NCBI GenBank assembly: GCA_035400585.1
Contig: DAOMZR010000002.1
Location: 15,364 to 79,363 of the forward strand
DNA length: 64,000 bases
Origin: a bacterium
GTDB lineage: Bacteria; Patescibacteriota; Patescibacteriia; Patescibacteriales; UBA12465
Direction: 5' to 3'
The notes beneath the pieces are model-generated. The model was not told the origin of the DNA and searched no databases. It worked only from the letters and a program-made list of their open reading frames with translations. The stretch's first letter is position 1, and every line of letters starts with the position of its first letter. Shown one piece after another: positions 54,866 through 63,696 of the stretch. A program made the position numbers and the translations under genes.

Positions 54866-57856
54866 CTACTGTCTAAATTCACAAATATCCTTAAAGTCGC
54901 AATAAGAACAATTAAAGGTCGAAGGATTAGGCAAAAATTCTTTTTTATTTATTTCTTCAATGCTATTTTTTAACCATTCTAAGGTTTTATCAATATCTTT
55001 ATCTTTAGCCTCGAAACTAAGTTTATTATTAGTTTCTAAATAATAATAACTCATTTTTTCTACCTTAAGTTCTAAAACATTTTCAATCATTATTTTATAC
55101 AAAAGTAATTGTCTCTTGTCTTCAGCGCTTAAAGATTCCTTGGCGTTTCCAGTTTTATAGTCAATGATTTCAAAATTTCCATTTTCTAGTTTGTCAATTC
55201 TATCAATTCTTCCGATTATGGTATTGCCATTAAACTTATATCTCAAATCTTTTTCCAAAAAATAAATTTGAGGTAGTTTATCGGATAATAACTTCTTGCA
55301 AAAATTTATTAATATGTCCTTGCCTTTAAAATAATAATTATCTCTATCTAGTTTGTTTTCATAACCTTCATCTTGCCAAAATTTTTGAAATAATTCTAGA
55401 ACTCTTTTTTCACTTAACAATTCTTCGTTTTTTTTATTTTCAGAAAAAAGACTAGATTGCAAATTATTGTCACCTTGAAGTATTGGCAATAAAAAATGAT
55501 AAAGTGTATTATGAATAACTTTTCCAAAGGTTAGGTTATATTTTTCTTTTGGAACCGGAACTTTTAACAAATGAGCATATTTATATTGGAGTGGACATTT
55601 ATCAAATGAAGCAAATTGAGAATAAGAAAAATAGGATGGTAATTTTAATTCTTCCTTGGCCAACAAAAATTCACCAATATTTTCGTCAGTTATTGTTTTT
55701 AAATCTTTAAAAAATTCTAAGTCATCAAAATTTATCTTGGCTGATATTTTTAAATCAAGTCCAGATTCTTTTATAAACACAGATGGTCTTTTTTCCCTGG
55801 CACCACCATAGTCCTTTGAACAAGTTAAATACAAACTTTCTTTAGCTCGAGTTAAGGCCACATAAAAGAGACGCCTTTCTTCTTCAATATGAAAATTATC
55901 AGAATCTCCAATTTTCTCTTTAATTAATTCTGATGAAATAGAAATCTTATCGCTTCGATTGTCGCTAGGAAAACGTCTTTCAACTAAATCAACCAAAAAA
56001 ACATGTTTAAATTCCAAGCCTTTGGCGGAGTGAACGGTCATAACCTTTACTGTATCGACGTCAGCAAAATCGTTTTTTAGTCTACCAAAATCTCCAGCCT
56101 CCAATTCAAAATCTAATACTTCCAAAAAATCTTTTAATCTCAAATTTTCATTTTCTTCTTCAAACTTTTTTATCTTCTGATAAAATTGATTAATGTAAGA
56201 AAAAACTTCTTTATCTTTTTCTTGGTTCAGATTTTTTAAAATCTCACTATCATAAATAAATTTAACAAAAACATGACTTGGTTTTTTATCACGAGCTAAA
56301 ACGCTGTGAGCCTCAATTAAACTCAACAATTTATTTATTCTAGGTAAAGAATCAGGGGAAACACCTTTTATTTTTTCGGCATTTTGCAAACCTTCAAACA
56401 AAGACCAATATTTCCTTTTTGATTCACTAACTATATTTTGTAAGTCGAGATAATTAACTTTAAATTCCTCCGTGTTTAAAACTCGAAACAAAGCTGAAGA
56501 TTCACGGTAGTCGTCTAATAATCTAAAATAAGAAATTATATCCAAAATTATCGGTTTATAATAAAGACCCTTGAGCGAAACAAAGTGGTTGGGAATATTT
56601 AAACGACTAAGTTCTTTTGAGTATTTATCGGCTGAATCATTGGTCCTGGTTAAAATCGCGAAATCCAACCAATTACATTCTGAATTTTTTTTATAAATTT
56701 CCAATATTCTTGAACTAACAAAAGTCATTTCGTCCGATTCATTTAAAAAATTATGAGCCGAAACAATATTTTTATTATTATCCGATTTGAAATATGATTT
56801 TAGTTTTTTATCTATTCCTAGCTTTATTTCTAAACGATTAGGATTGTTATGAGAAATAAAATTATAGGCTAAGTCAAGAATTTCTTGATGTGAACGATAG
56901 TTGTTAGTTAAAACAATCTCTTTAGCTTGAGGATAATCATCTTTAAACTGCATAATATTAGAAATAGATGCTCCTCTAAATTTATAAATCGACTGATCAT
57001 CGTCACCAACTACCATCAAATTGTTTTGCTTGCCGGCTAAGATTTTAATGAGTTCGTATTGAGAAAAATTAGTATCCTGAAACTCATCCAACATTAGATA
57101 CTTAAATTTATTTTGATATTTTTTTAAAATATTTGGTCTAGTTTTAAAAAGTTTAATGGTACAATTTATTAAATCAGCAAAATCTAAGTTATTGTTTTGA
57201 ATCATCAACTCATTATAAACAAAAAAGGCCCTGGACAATTCTTTAAGCTTTTTTAATTCTAAAATATCATCTTCGGCTATATTTTTTTCTTTTTTTGATT
57301 TGTTTTCTAAATTTGAAACGTGATTTAAATATTCTTCCGGAGAAATATTTTCATCTTTTAAGCGAGAAAAGTGATTTAGTAACTCTTTAATAAACTTGTT
57401 TGGGTTGCCGGCTGGCGCATAATAATCTAAATCGAATTTATTAAAATTTTTCTTTACAAAAATCCATTGGGCTGTTTCATCAAGAAGCTTAAAGTCTGGG
57501 CTTAGTCCAATTTCTAAAGCGTTTTCTCTCAAGATTCTCTCCCCAAATCCATGAAAAGTATTGATCCATAAATCAACATAACCATAGGGTAAAATTTTAT
57601 CGGCTCTTTCAATCATTTCATTAGCTGCCTTTTCTGTAAAAGTTGCTAAAAATATTTCATCAGTTTTAACCCCCTTTTCTAAAATTAAATAAGCTAAACG
57701 ATTTATTAAAACAGTTGTTTTTCCAGTACCCGCCCCAGCAACAACCAAAAGAGGGCCATCTTCATGTTTAACGGCCGCTAATTGCTCTTTATTTAGCCTT
57801 TTTAGATCTTCTCTAAATTCTTTAATATCTTTTTGGATATTTCTTTTATTAATCAT
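54866..57856 (-). CDS. UvrD/PcrA-type helicase fused to a C-terminal PD-(D/E)XK (Cas4/AddB-like, Cys-cluster) nuclease
   Basis: GAGTGKTT, DEFQDTN, VGDDDQSIYKFRGA, TVHSAKGLEF. C-terminal CPLQYKY ... GRIDRIDKLENGNFEIIDYKTG ... CSYCDFKDIC. Confidence 0.85.
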   Translation of the reverse strand: MINKRNIQKDIKEFREDLKRLNKEQLAAVKHEDGPLLVVAGAGTGKTTVLINRLAYLILEKGVKTDEIFLATFTEKAANEMIERADKILPYGYVDLWINTFHGFGERILRENALEIGLSPDFKLLDETAQWIFVKKNFNKFDLDYYAPAGNPNKFIKELLNHFSRLKDENISPEEYLNHVSNLENKSKKEKNIAEDDILELKKLKELSRAFFVYNELMIQNNNLDFADLINCTIKLFKTRPNILKKYQNKFKYLMLDEFQDTNFSQYELIKILAGKQNNLMVVGDDDQSIYKFRGASISNIMQFKDDYPQAKEIVLTNNYRSHQEILDLAYNFISHNNPNRLEIKLGIDKKLKSYFKSDNNKNIVSAHNFLNESDEMTFVSSRILEIYKKNSECNWLDFAILTRTNDSADKYSKELSRLNIPNHFVSLKGLYYKPIILDIISYFRLLDDYRESSALFRVLNTEEFKVNYLDLQNIVSESKRKYWSLFEGLQNAEKIKGVSPDSLPRINKLLSLIEAHSVLARDKKPSHVFVKFIYDSEILKNLNQEKDKEVFSYINQFYQKIKKFEEENENLRLKDFLEVLDFELEAGDFGRLKNDFADVDTVKVMTVHSAKGLEFKHVFLVDLVERRFPSDNRSDKISISSELIKEKIGDSDNFHIEEERRLFYVALTRAKESLYLTCSKDYGGAREKRPSVFIKESGLDLKISAKINFDDLEFFKDLKTITDENIGEFLLAKEELKLPSYFSYSQFASFDKCPLQYKYAHLLKVPVPKEKYNLTFGKVIHNTLYHFLLPILQGDNNLQSSLFSENKKNEELLSEKRVLELFQKFWQDEGYENKLDRDNYYFKGKDILINFCKKLLSDKLPQIYFLEKDLRYKFNGNTIIGRIDRIDKLENGNFEIIDYKTGNAKESLSAEDKRQLLLYKIMIENVLELKVEKMSYYYLETNNKLSFEAKDKDIDKTLEWLKNSIEEINKKEFLPNPSTFNCSYCDFKDICEFRQ

Positions 57857-57906
57857 AGTTTATAAGATAATTATACAATAGTCAGACAATAAAAACAATA
57901 AAAAAA

Positions 57907-57931
57907 ACAAAGGCGGTTAACTCGCCTTTGT
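57907..57931 (-). terminator. Terminator of the 519-aa modular pilin gene
   Basis: acaaaggcg-gttaact-cgcctttgt, followed on the minus strand by tttttttt. Confidence 0.7.
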
Positions 57932-57964
57932 TTAATTTATTTAAATTGAAGCACTGCAAACATT

Positions 57965-59497
57965 TTAAGGAGTAACGTCAAATTTCATAACTGAAGCTTT
58001 ACCAGAAATGCCAAAATCTTCATAACCAACATAAGCGATATCATTATCTATCTGTAAAGAAATATCAGTAGCCATAGCACCAGAAAAGCCAACATTTCCA
58101 ACTAATTCCCAAGAAGAACCATTATACTTCATAACCGAAACAGCACTAGAGTTGTCACCATCAGGATAAGCAACCAAAGGTGTTCCATTATAAAACTTAA
58201 GAGAAATAACATCGTTTACATCGCCAGTAAAACCAGCGGTTCCAACTAATTCCCAAGATGAACCATTATATTTCATGGAAGTCAAACCAGCGACTGTATA
58301 GTCTCTATAGACGACATAAGGTGTTCCATTATATATTTGCAAAGAAATAGTATCTATTTGACCGGTTGAAAAACCAAGCGGTCCAACCAATTCCCAAGAT
58401 GAACCGTTGTATTTCATAACAGTGGCTGCACCACCATCACTAAAATCCATATAGGCCACATAAGGCGTTCCGCCATATACATAAAGAGATATATAACCAG
58501 CCATTCCAGCTGAAAAACCAGCAGTTCCAACCAATTCCCAGGCTGAACCGTTATATCTCATAACAGTAGCTTTACTAGAGTTAGCCCCGTCTTGGTAAGC
58601 AACATAAAGAGTGCCATTATACATAAAAGAATTAATATAATTAACAGCACCAGCAGAGAAACCAGCAGTTCCAACTAGTTCCCAGGCTGAACCGTTATAT
58701 CTCATAACGGTAGCTTTGTTGGAATTGCCACCGTCTCTGTAGGCCACATACGGAGTTCCATTATAAATCTGCAATGTTGTCCAATCAACAGCACCAGCAG
58801 AGAAACCAGCGGTTCCAACTAATTCCCAAGAAGATCCATTATATCTCATAACAGTGGCTTTGTTAGAATTAGCTCCGTCTCTGTAAGCTAAATATGGAGT
58901 ATTGTTATAAATTTGCAAAGAAGTCCAATCAGCTGTTCCTGGTGTAAAACCGGCAGTTCCAACTAAACCCCAAGAACAACCAGTAGGATTAACCAGACAA
59001 CCCTCTGGCTCTGGTGTACCACCGCCTGAACCACTAGCAATTATTATCCCTCCCGGTGTTAATTGTTTTACTCCATCTGGTAAGTCGGACACTTGTTTGC
59101 CAGTACAGAAATCGATAGTATAACTAGCTCCATTATCTCTAGGAGTATAAACATAAGTGTTAGAAGCCTCCAAACAAGCTCCATCGGCTGGATAGGGAGC
59201 AGAAGGAATTTCTTGCATAAAAAGAATTCCCTCAGTTGAAGAACCAATGAAGCCTTCATTCCACTCTTCTTCTGTGGGATATCTACCATACTGATTGGCA
59301 AACAATTCTAGAGCTGTTTGCATTTGTTTTATATCAGCTACTCTTTTACTGTCCCTGGCATTCTGTCTAGCTTGTTGTAAAGCTACTATAGCCAAGGTTG
59401 CCAATATACCAATGATGGCAATAACCACCAAAAGCTCAACCAAGGTAAATCCTTTTTTATGGTTTTTAAAAAAAGGGGAATTTTTTTTTCTTAACAT
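57965..59497 (-). CDS. Modular pilin: pilin-like module + seven 48-aa repeats (predicted 7-blade propeller)
   Basis: MLRKKNSPFFKNHKKG|[28 protein letters not shown]. Head ends QLTPGGI, linker SGSGGGTPEPEG. 7x (SWELVGTAGFSAGAVDWTTLQIYNGTPYVAYRDGGNSNKATVMRYNGS). Alternative upstream ATG at 59524. Confidence 0.85.
   Translation of the reverse strand: MLRKKNSPFFKNHKKGFTLVELLVVIAIIGILATLAIVALQQARQNARDSKRVADIKQMQTALELFANQYGRYPTEEEWNEGFIGSSTEGILFMQEIPSAPYPADGACLEASNTYVYTPRDNGASYTIDFCTGKQVSDLPDGVKQLTPGGIIIASGSGGGTPEPEGCLVNPTGCSWGLVGTAGFTPGTADWTSLQIYNNTPYLAYRDGANSNKATVMRYNGSSWELVGTAGFSAGAVDWTTLQIYNGTPYVAYRDGGNSNKATVMRYNGSAWELVGTAGFSAGAVNYINSFMYNGTLYVAYQDGANSSKATVMRYNGSAWELVGTAGFSAGMAGYISLYVYGGTPYVAYMDFSDGGAATVMKYNGSSWELVGPLGFSTGQIDTISLQIYNGTPYVVYRDYTVAGLTSMKYNGSSWELVGTAGFTGDVNDVISLKFYNGTPLVAYPDGDNSSAVSVMKYNGSSWELVGNVGFSGAMATDISLQIDNDIAYVGYEDFGISGKASVMKFDVTP
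57968..58978 (-). repeat. Seven in-frame tandem 144-bp coding repeats
   Basis: Recurring DNA blocks such as gttccaac(t/c)a(a/g)ttcccaag/ggc..gaaccgttatatctcataac. By eye the units are similar but not identical. Confidence 0.85.
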
Positions 59498-59653
59498 AAA
59501 GTTTGGAATCAATTTAAAAAGCATAATAATAAAATTAAAATGACTTCAAAATTTTACATAAAAATTATAAAATAAAATATATTGTAATATTATAACAAAA
59601 AAATTAAATTAAATCAAGAAAACAAAAAGGTAATTATAAAGAAAAAAAATTTA

Positions 59654-59662
59654 TGCTATAAT
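59654..59662 (+). promoter_or_regulatory. Extended -10 element (TGcTATAAT) upstream of the DUF368 gene
   Basis: tgctataat ~40 nt upstream of the ATG at 59702. Confidence 0.35.
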
Positions 59663-59701
59663 TAAATCATATAAAATATCTATAAAAAAATAATCTAAAT
59701 T

Positions 59702-60580
59702 ATGAAGAAAACTTGTAAAGAAAAAATAATCGTATTTTTAAAAGGCTTTGCTATGGGATCGGTTGACATTATCCCTGGTATATCTGGTGGTACAATGGCT
59801 TTAATTTTGGGTATTTATGAAAAAATAATATCAGAATTAAAAAAAATAAACTTTAAATCTGTAAAATCTATTTTTTTAAAAAATAAAAAATTAATAATTC
59901 CAGAAGATGATAAAATAAATTTAGCTTTTCTGATCTCTCTGTTTTTAGGAATTATATCAGCCATAATATCTCTGGCCAAAATAATAAGCTACTTTCTGCA
60001 AAACTACCCATCTCATATTTATGGGCTGTTTTTTGGTTTGATAGTATCTTCCATTTTATTAATATTACCAAAGAAATTTTATAAAAATAAAAATTATTTA
60101 TTTTTAATTCCTGGGTTTATTATTGCCTGGGTTATCTCCTCTTCTGGAACTTTAAATTTCTCTAATAGTTATATAAATATTTTTTTTAGTGGTGTGGTGG
60201 CTATCTGTGCCATGATACTTCCAGGGATAAGCGGATCATTTGTACTGTTAATACTAGGAAAATATGAATTTATGATTTCAGCTTTAAAAAATCCTTTAGC
60301 TGAAAATAATTTATTATATATACTTATTTTTGGAATTGGCTGTGTAATCGGACTGCTATCTTTTGTTAGATTTTTAAACTTTCTACTTAAAAGATACAGA
60401 GAACCATCGATGGCAATTTTAATTGGTTTTATGGCTGGAGCCTTGAAAAAAGTTTGGCCTTTCACTCAAAAAACAACCGAAATTAATAAGGATTTTTTCG
60501 TAATAATCTTATTAATAATTTTAGGTATTTTAATCGGAAATCTTTTATCTAAATTTGGGAAAATAAAAAACAAGGAGTAA
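59702..60580 (+). CDS. DUF368-family polytopic membrane protein (family implicated in polyprenyl-phosphate recycling)
   Basis: GSVDIIPGISGGTMALILGIYE and second copy LPGISGSFVLLILG: the duplicated DUF368 signature. Confidence 0.85.
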   Translation: MKKTCKEKIIVFLKGFAMGSVDIIPGISGGTMALILGIYEKIISELKKINFKSVKSIFLKNKKLIIPEDDKINLAFLISLFLGIISAIISLAKIISYFLQNYPSHIYGLFFGLIVSSILLILPKKFYKNKNYLFLIPGFIIAWVISSSGTLNFSNSYINIFFSGVVAICAMILPGISGSFVLLILGKYEFMISALKNPLAENNLLYILIFGIGCVIGLLSFVRFLNFLLKRYREPSMAILIGFMAGALKKVWPFTQKTTEINKDFFVIILLIILGILIGNLLSKFGKIKNKE

Positions 60581-60593
60581 ATCTCCTTGTTTT
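60570..60593. terminator. Bidirectional hairpin terminator
   Basis: acaaggag-taaat-ctccttgt with flanking A/T runs. The stop codon lies in the loop. Confidence 0.65.
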
Positions 60594-60605
60594 ATATTTT
60601 TTCTA

Positions 60606-61124
60606 TTAAGCTGCTTTGTTGTATCTGTTTTTTATTTCTGTTCTGCCAATTCTGGCTAATTCTTGAATAAGGTCTCTTTTTTTATACATTAAATCTACTT
60701 TTTCTTTTCCCTTGTCCATTTTGCTCAACTGTTTATTAACCTCTACTATTTCTTTCAATTTCTCTTTTAACTGAGGTGTGTTGGCTCTAGAATACTCAAT
60801 TGCTCCGCCACCAAAGCTAGCACCCAAGTCCATAGAAACAGAAACGGTGTGAGTAAGACTTTTAATAAGTTTTTCTAAATTTTTCATGTCCTCTTCATAT
60901 TTTTCTTCTTCGGTTTTTTCTTTACCTTTAAACATTTCTCCGATTCTGCCAAAAATTGATTTTCTGGCTTCTTCAACTTTTTCTGATGCTTTTAAATCAG
61001 CCTCGGCTAAGTCAGCAGCTGAAACTTCTTCGTGATTTTCAACCACTATTCTCTCGTTGTTTTTTTCGTTTTCCATATTTTTTTCTTCTGATTTTTTTTC
61101 TAAAGTTGTGTTTTCAAAATTCAT
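60606..61124 (-). CDS. Hypothetical acidic coiled-coil protein
   Basis: 172-aa E/K-rich ORF. No recognisable motif. Confidence 0.5.
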   Translation of the reverse strand: MNFENTTLEKKSEEKNMENEKNNERIVVENHEEVSAADLAEADLKASEKVEEARKSIFGRIGEMFKGKEKTEEEKYEEDMKNLEKLIKSLTHTVSVSMDLGASFGGGAIEYSRANTPQLKEKLKEIVEVNKQLSKMDKGKEKVDLMYKKRDLIQELARIGRTEIKNRYNKAA

Positions 61125-61263
61125 ATTTTTATTTTTGATTATTGGCCTGTTTAAAGCAAATAACCATATTAAACTAATTTTAAACCATTTTTATTAACAA
61201 TTACATTATATCATAAAAAATAAATTTAGTCAATAGCTGAATTTTGTGTCTTTTTAAATAAAA

Positions 61264-61283
61264 AACCTCAGACTAGTGAGGTT
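61264..61283 (-). terminator. Terminator downstream of the 88-aa ORF
   Basis: aacctca-gactag-tgaggtt, with a T-run on the minus strand. Confidence 0.6.
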
Positions 61284-61289
61284 TTATTT

Positions 61290-61556
61290 TTAAGAAAGAG
61301 ACCAAACTTGTGGTTTGTATTCTCCATCTCTTTTTCCTTTTTTTTGCTTCACTATTGAAGCATAGTAATTAAACAATTCATTTACAAAAATATCATCGTA
61401 ACCAAGCATCTCACTGCTTAGTCCCTCCTTCTCGTTCGCCTCTCTTTTCCTAATTAGAGGAATAAAATAACTATGTGGCCTTAAAAACATTATTTTATTT
61501 TTTTCGAACCAATTATCATCAATGGGTGGCGACATTTTTTCTCTATCGTCTTTCAT
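61290..61556 (-). CDS. Hypothetical 88-aa protein
   Basis: ORF with its own terminator. No recognisable motif. Confidence 0.45.
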   Translation of the reverse strand: MKDDREKMSPPIDDNWFEKNKIMFLRPHSYFIPLIRKREANEKEGLSSEMLGYDDIFVNELFNYYASIVKQKKGKRDGEYKPQVWSLS

Positions 61557-61635
61557 TATATATTGTTTTGTTGTTTTTCACTGCTTTGAGCTAATTTAAA
61601 GTACTCAAATAACCCTATCATAAAAATAAAAAAAG

Positions 61636-61657
61636 TCAAGACCCAGAAAGGTCTTGA
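61636..61657 (-). terminator. Terminator of rnj
   Basis: tcaagacc-cagaaa-ggtcttga, followed on the minus strand by ttttttt. Confidence 0.7.
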
Positions 61658-61682
61658 AAAAAAAGTATTTTTTAAACAAAAG

Positions 61683-63653
61683 CTAAACCTTAATAACAAC
61701 TGGCAAAACCATCGGCCTTCTTTTTGTGGCTCCAAATAAGAATTGTCCGATTTCGTTTCTAATTTTGTTTTTAATATAATCGTCATCAGCCGGAGTTTCA
61801 TGATTTTGATCTCTAACTATTTTTTTAACTCTATCTCTAGTTTTTTCTATCAAATCTCTGTTTTCCTTCATATATATAAACCCACGAGAAATTAAATCCG
61901 GACTTCCAATCAAACTTCCAGTTTTAGCATCAATTGTAGCAATAACCACAATCATACCATCCTCGGCCATAACTCTTCTATCTCGTAAAACAATACTAGA
62001 GACATCACCAACTCCCAAACCATCAACCATTACATATTCGGTTGGAACCTTTTCTTTGGTTAAAGAACCTACAACATCATATTTTTTTCCACCAATCATT
62101 TTTTCTCCTTTTCTAAATTCAACCACTTGTCCGTTGTCAGCCACAAAAATATTATCTTTAGGGATACCAATCTGTTCAGCTAAATCAGCATGGGCTTGAA
62201 GCATATAATGATTAGCTTCAATAGGCATAAAATATTGAGGTTTAATAAGTCTCATCATCAATTTTAAATCTTCCTGTTTGGCATGTCCTCCAGCATGAAT
62301 GTCCATCATTTTATAATGTATAATTTTGGCGCCTTGTCTTACTACCATATCCATTAAATTTTGAATACTTCTTTCATTTCCAGGAATAACTGAAGAAGAA
62401 AAAATAACGGTATCACCTTTCCTTAAACTAACACTTCTATGCTCACCATTAACCACTCTAGATAAGAAAGCATTGCTTTCTCCTTGAGCGCCAGTACCAA
62501 TAATTATAATTTTATCATCTCTTACTCTATTTAAATCACGATCTTCGACTAAAATTTTAGGATCAAATTTTAAATAACCAATTTGATGGGCCACTTCCAC
62601 ATTTTCATTCATACTTCTTCCTTGAAGTGATATTCGACGACCATATTTAGCCGCTAAATCAAAAATCTTTTGCACACGACTTAATTGTGAGGCAAAAGTT
62701 CCGATAATAATTCTACCGCTTATTTTATCAAACAATTTTCCCATTTCATCTCCAATAGCAGACTCTGAGATCTGATACCCAGGATGAGTGGCATCGGTTG
62801 AATCGGACATTAGAAATAAAATATTCTCTGATCCAATTTGGGCAATACGATTTAAATCGGCTGGTTTATCGTTAACTGGTGAAAAATCTATTTTAAAATC
62901 TCCGGTGTGAACAATTTTTCCTACAGGAGTGGTTATAATAGCCGCAAAACAATCAGGAATAGAATGATTTACTCTAAAAAATTCTAAGCTTAGTTTCTCA
63001 GACACCTTGATCTTATCATTTTCATCAATTTCTTTTATTTTCAGAGCTGGAGCATCTTTAAATTCGGCTATTCTTTTTCTAACCAAACCAGCTGTCATTT
63101 TACCCATAAACATTGGGGGATTGCCTATTTTGCCCATAATATGTGGGATGCCGCCAATATGATCATAGTGACCATGAGTTATAAAAACAGCTTTAATCCA
63201 ATCTTTTTTATCTTCTAAATAAGAGACATTGGGAATAATATAGTCTATACCAGGCATATCTTCTTCTGGAAATTGTAAGCCCATATCTATAATTATTATC
63301 TCCCTTTCATATTCAACTAGCATCATGTTTCGTCCAACCTCTTCTAATCCACCCAAAGCCATAATTCTTAATTTACCATTAAGATCTTTGGGGGCGGACA
63401 CAATTTGATTCTTTTGATCTTCCAACAAACCAGTCGGTTTTCTTCTACCAAAAGAAGGTCGATGGTTATAGTTAGTCGGTCTAGGATTTCTGTTGCTACG
63501 AAAATTTCCATTAGAGGAAAAGTTTCTTTTGTTGTTTGCTGGGCTTGTTTTTCGAACAAGTCCACTGTTTGTTTTTTCGGTATTATCTTTCCTTTCTGAT
63601 TGAGAAGGTAATACTGATTTATATTTTCTAATCATAAAATTATTAAAAATCAA
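61683..63653 (-). CDS. rnj: Ribonuclease J (metallo-beta-lactamase/beta-CASP) with ~95-aa basic low-complexity N-terminal extension
   Basis: LGGLEEVGRNM, FITHGHYDHIGG, beta-CASP region, HAGGHAKQEDL. N-terminus rich in R/N/S/P. Confidence 0.9.
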   Translation of the reverse strand: MIFNNFMIRKYKSVLPSQSERKDNTEKTNSGLVRKTSPANNKRNFSSNGNFRSNRNPRPTNYNHRPSFGRRKPTGLLEDQKNQIVSAPKDLNGKLRIMALGGLEEVGRNMMLVEYEREIIIIDMGLQFPEEDMPGIDYIIPNVSYLEDKKDWIKAVFITHGHYDHIGGIPHIMGKIGNPPMFMGKMTAGLVRKRIAEFKDAPALKIKEIDENDKIKVSEKLSLEFFRVNHSIPDCFAAIITTPVGKIVHTGDFKIDFSPVNDKPADLNRIAQIGSENILFLMSDSTDATHPGYQISESAIGDEMGKLFDKISGRIIIGTFASQLSRVQKIFDLAAKYGRRISLQGRSMNENVEVAHQIGYLKFDPKILVEDRDLNRVRDDKIIIIGTGAQGESNAFLSRVVNGEHRSVSLRKGDTVIFSSSVIPGNERSIQNLMDMVVRQGAKIIHYKMMDIHAGGHAKQEDLKLMMRLIKPQYFMPIEANHYMLQAHADLAEQIGIPKDNIFVADNGQVVEFRKGEKMIGGKKYDVVGSLTKEKVPTEYVMVDGLGVGDVSSIVLRDRRVMAEDGMIVVIATIDAKTGSLIGSPDLISRGFIYMKENRDLIEKTRDRVKKIVRDQNHETPADDDYIKNKIRNEIGQFLFGATKRRPMVLPVVIKV

Positions 63654-63696
63654 AATTTTTAATTCTGTTTTTAAATTATTAAGTTTTATATAAGTT

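Noticed and set aside
61556-61801. An 81-aa ORF spanning the rnj 3' end and the following spacer.
   Set aside because: Its 5' half overlaps the well-supported RNase J C-terminus in another frame. The rnj terminator hairpin (61636-61657) lies inside it, and it has no motif.
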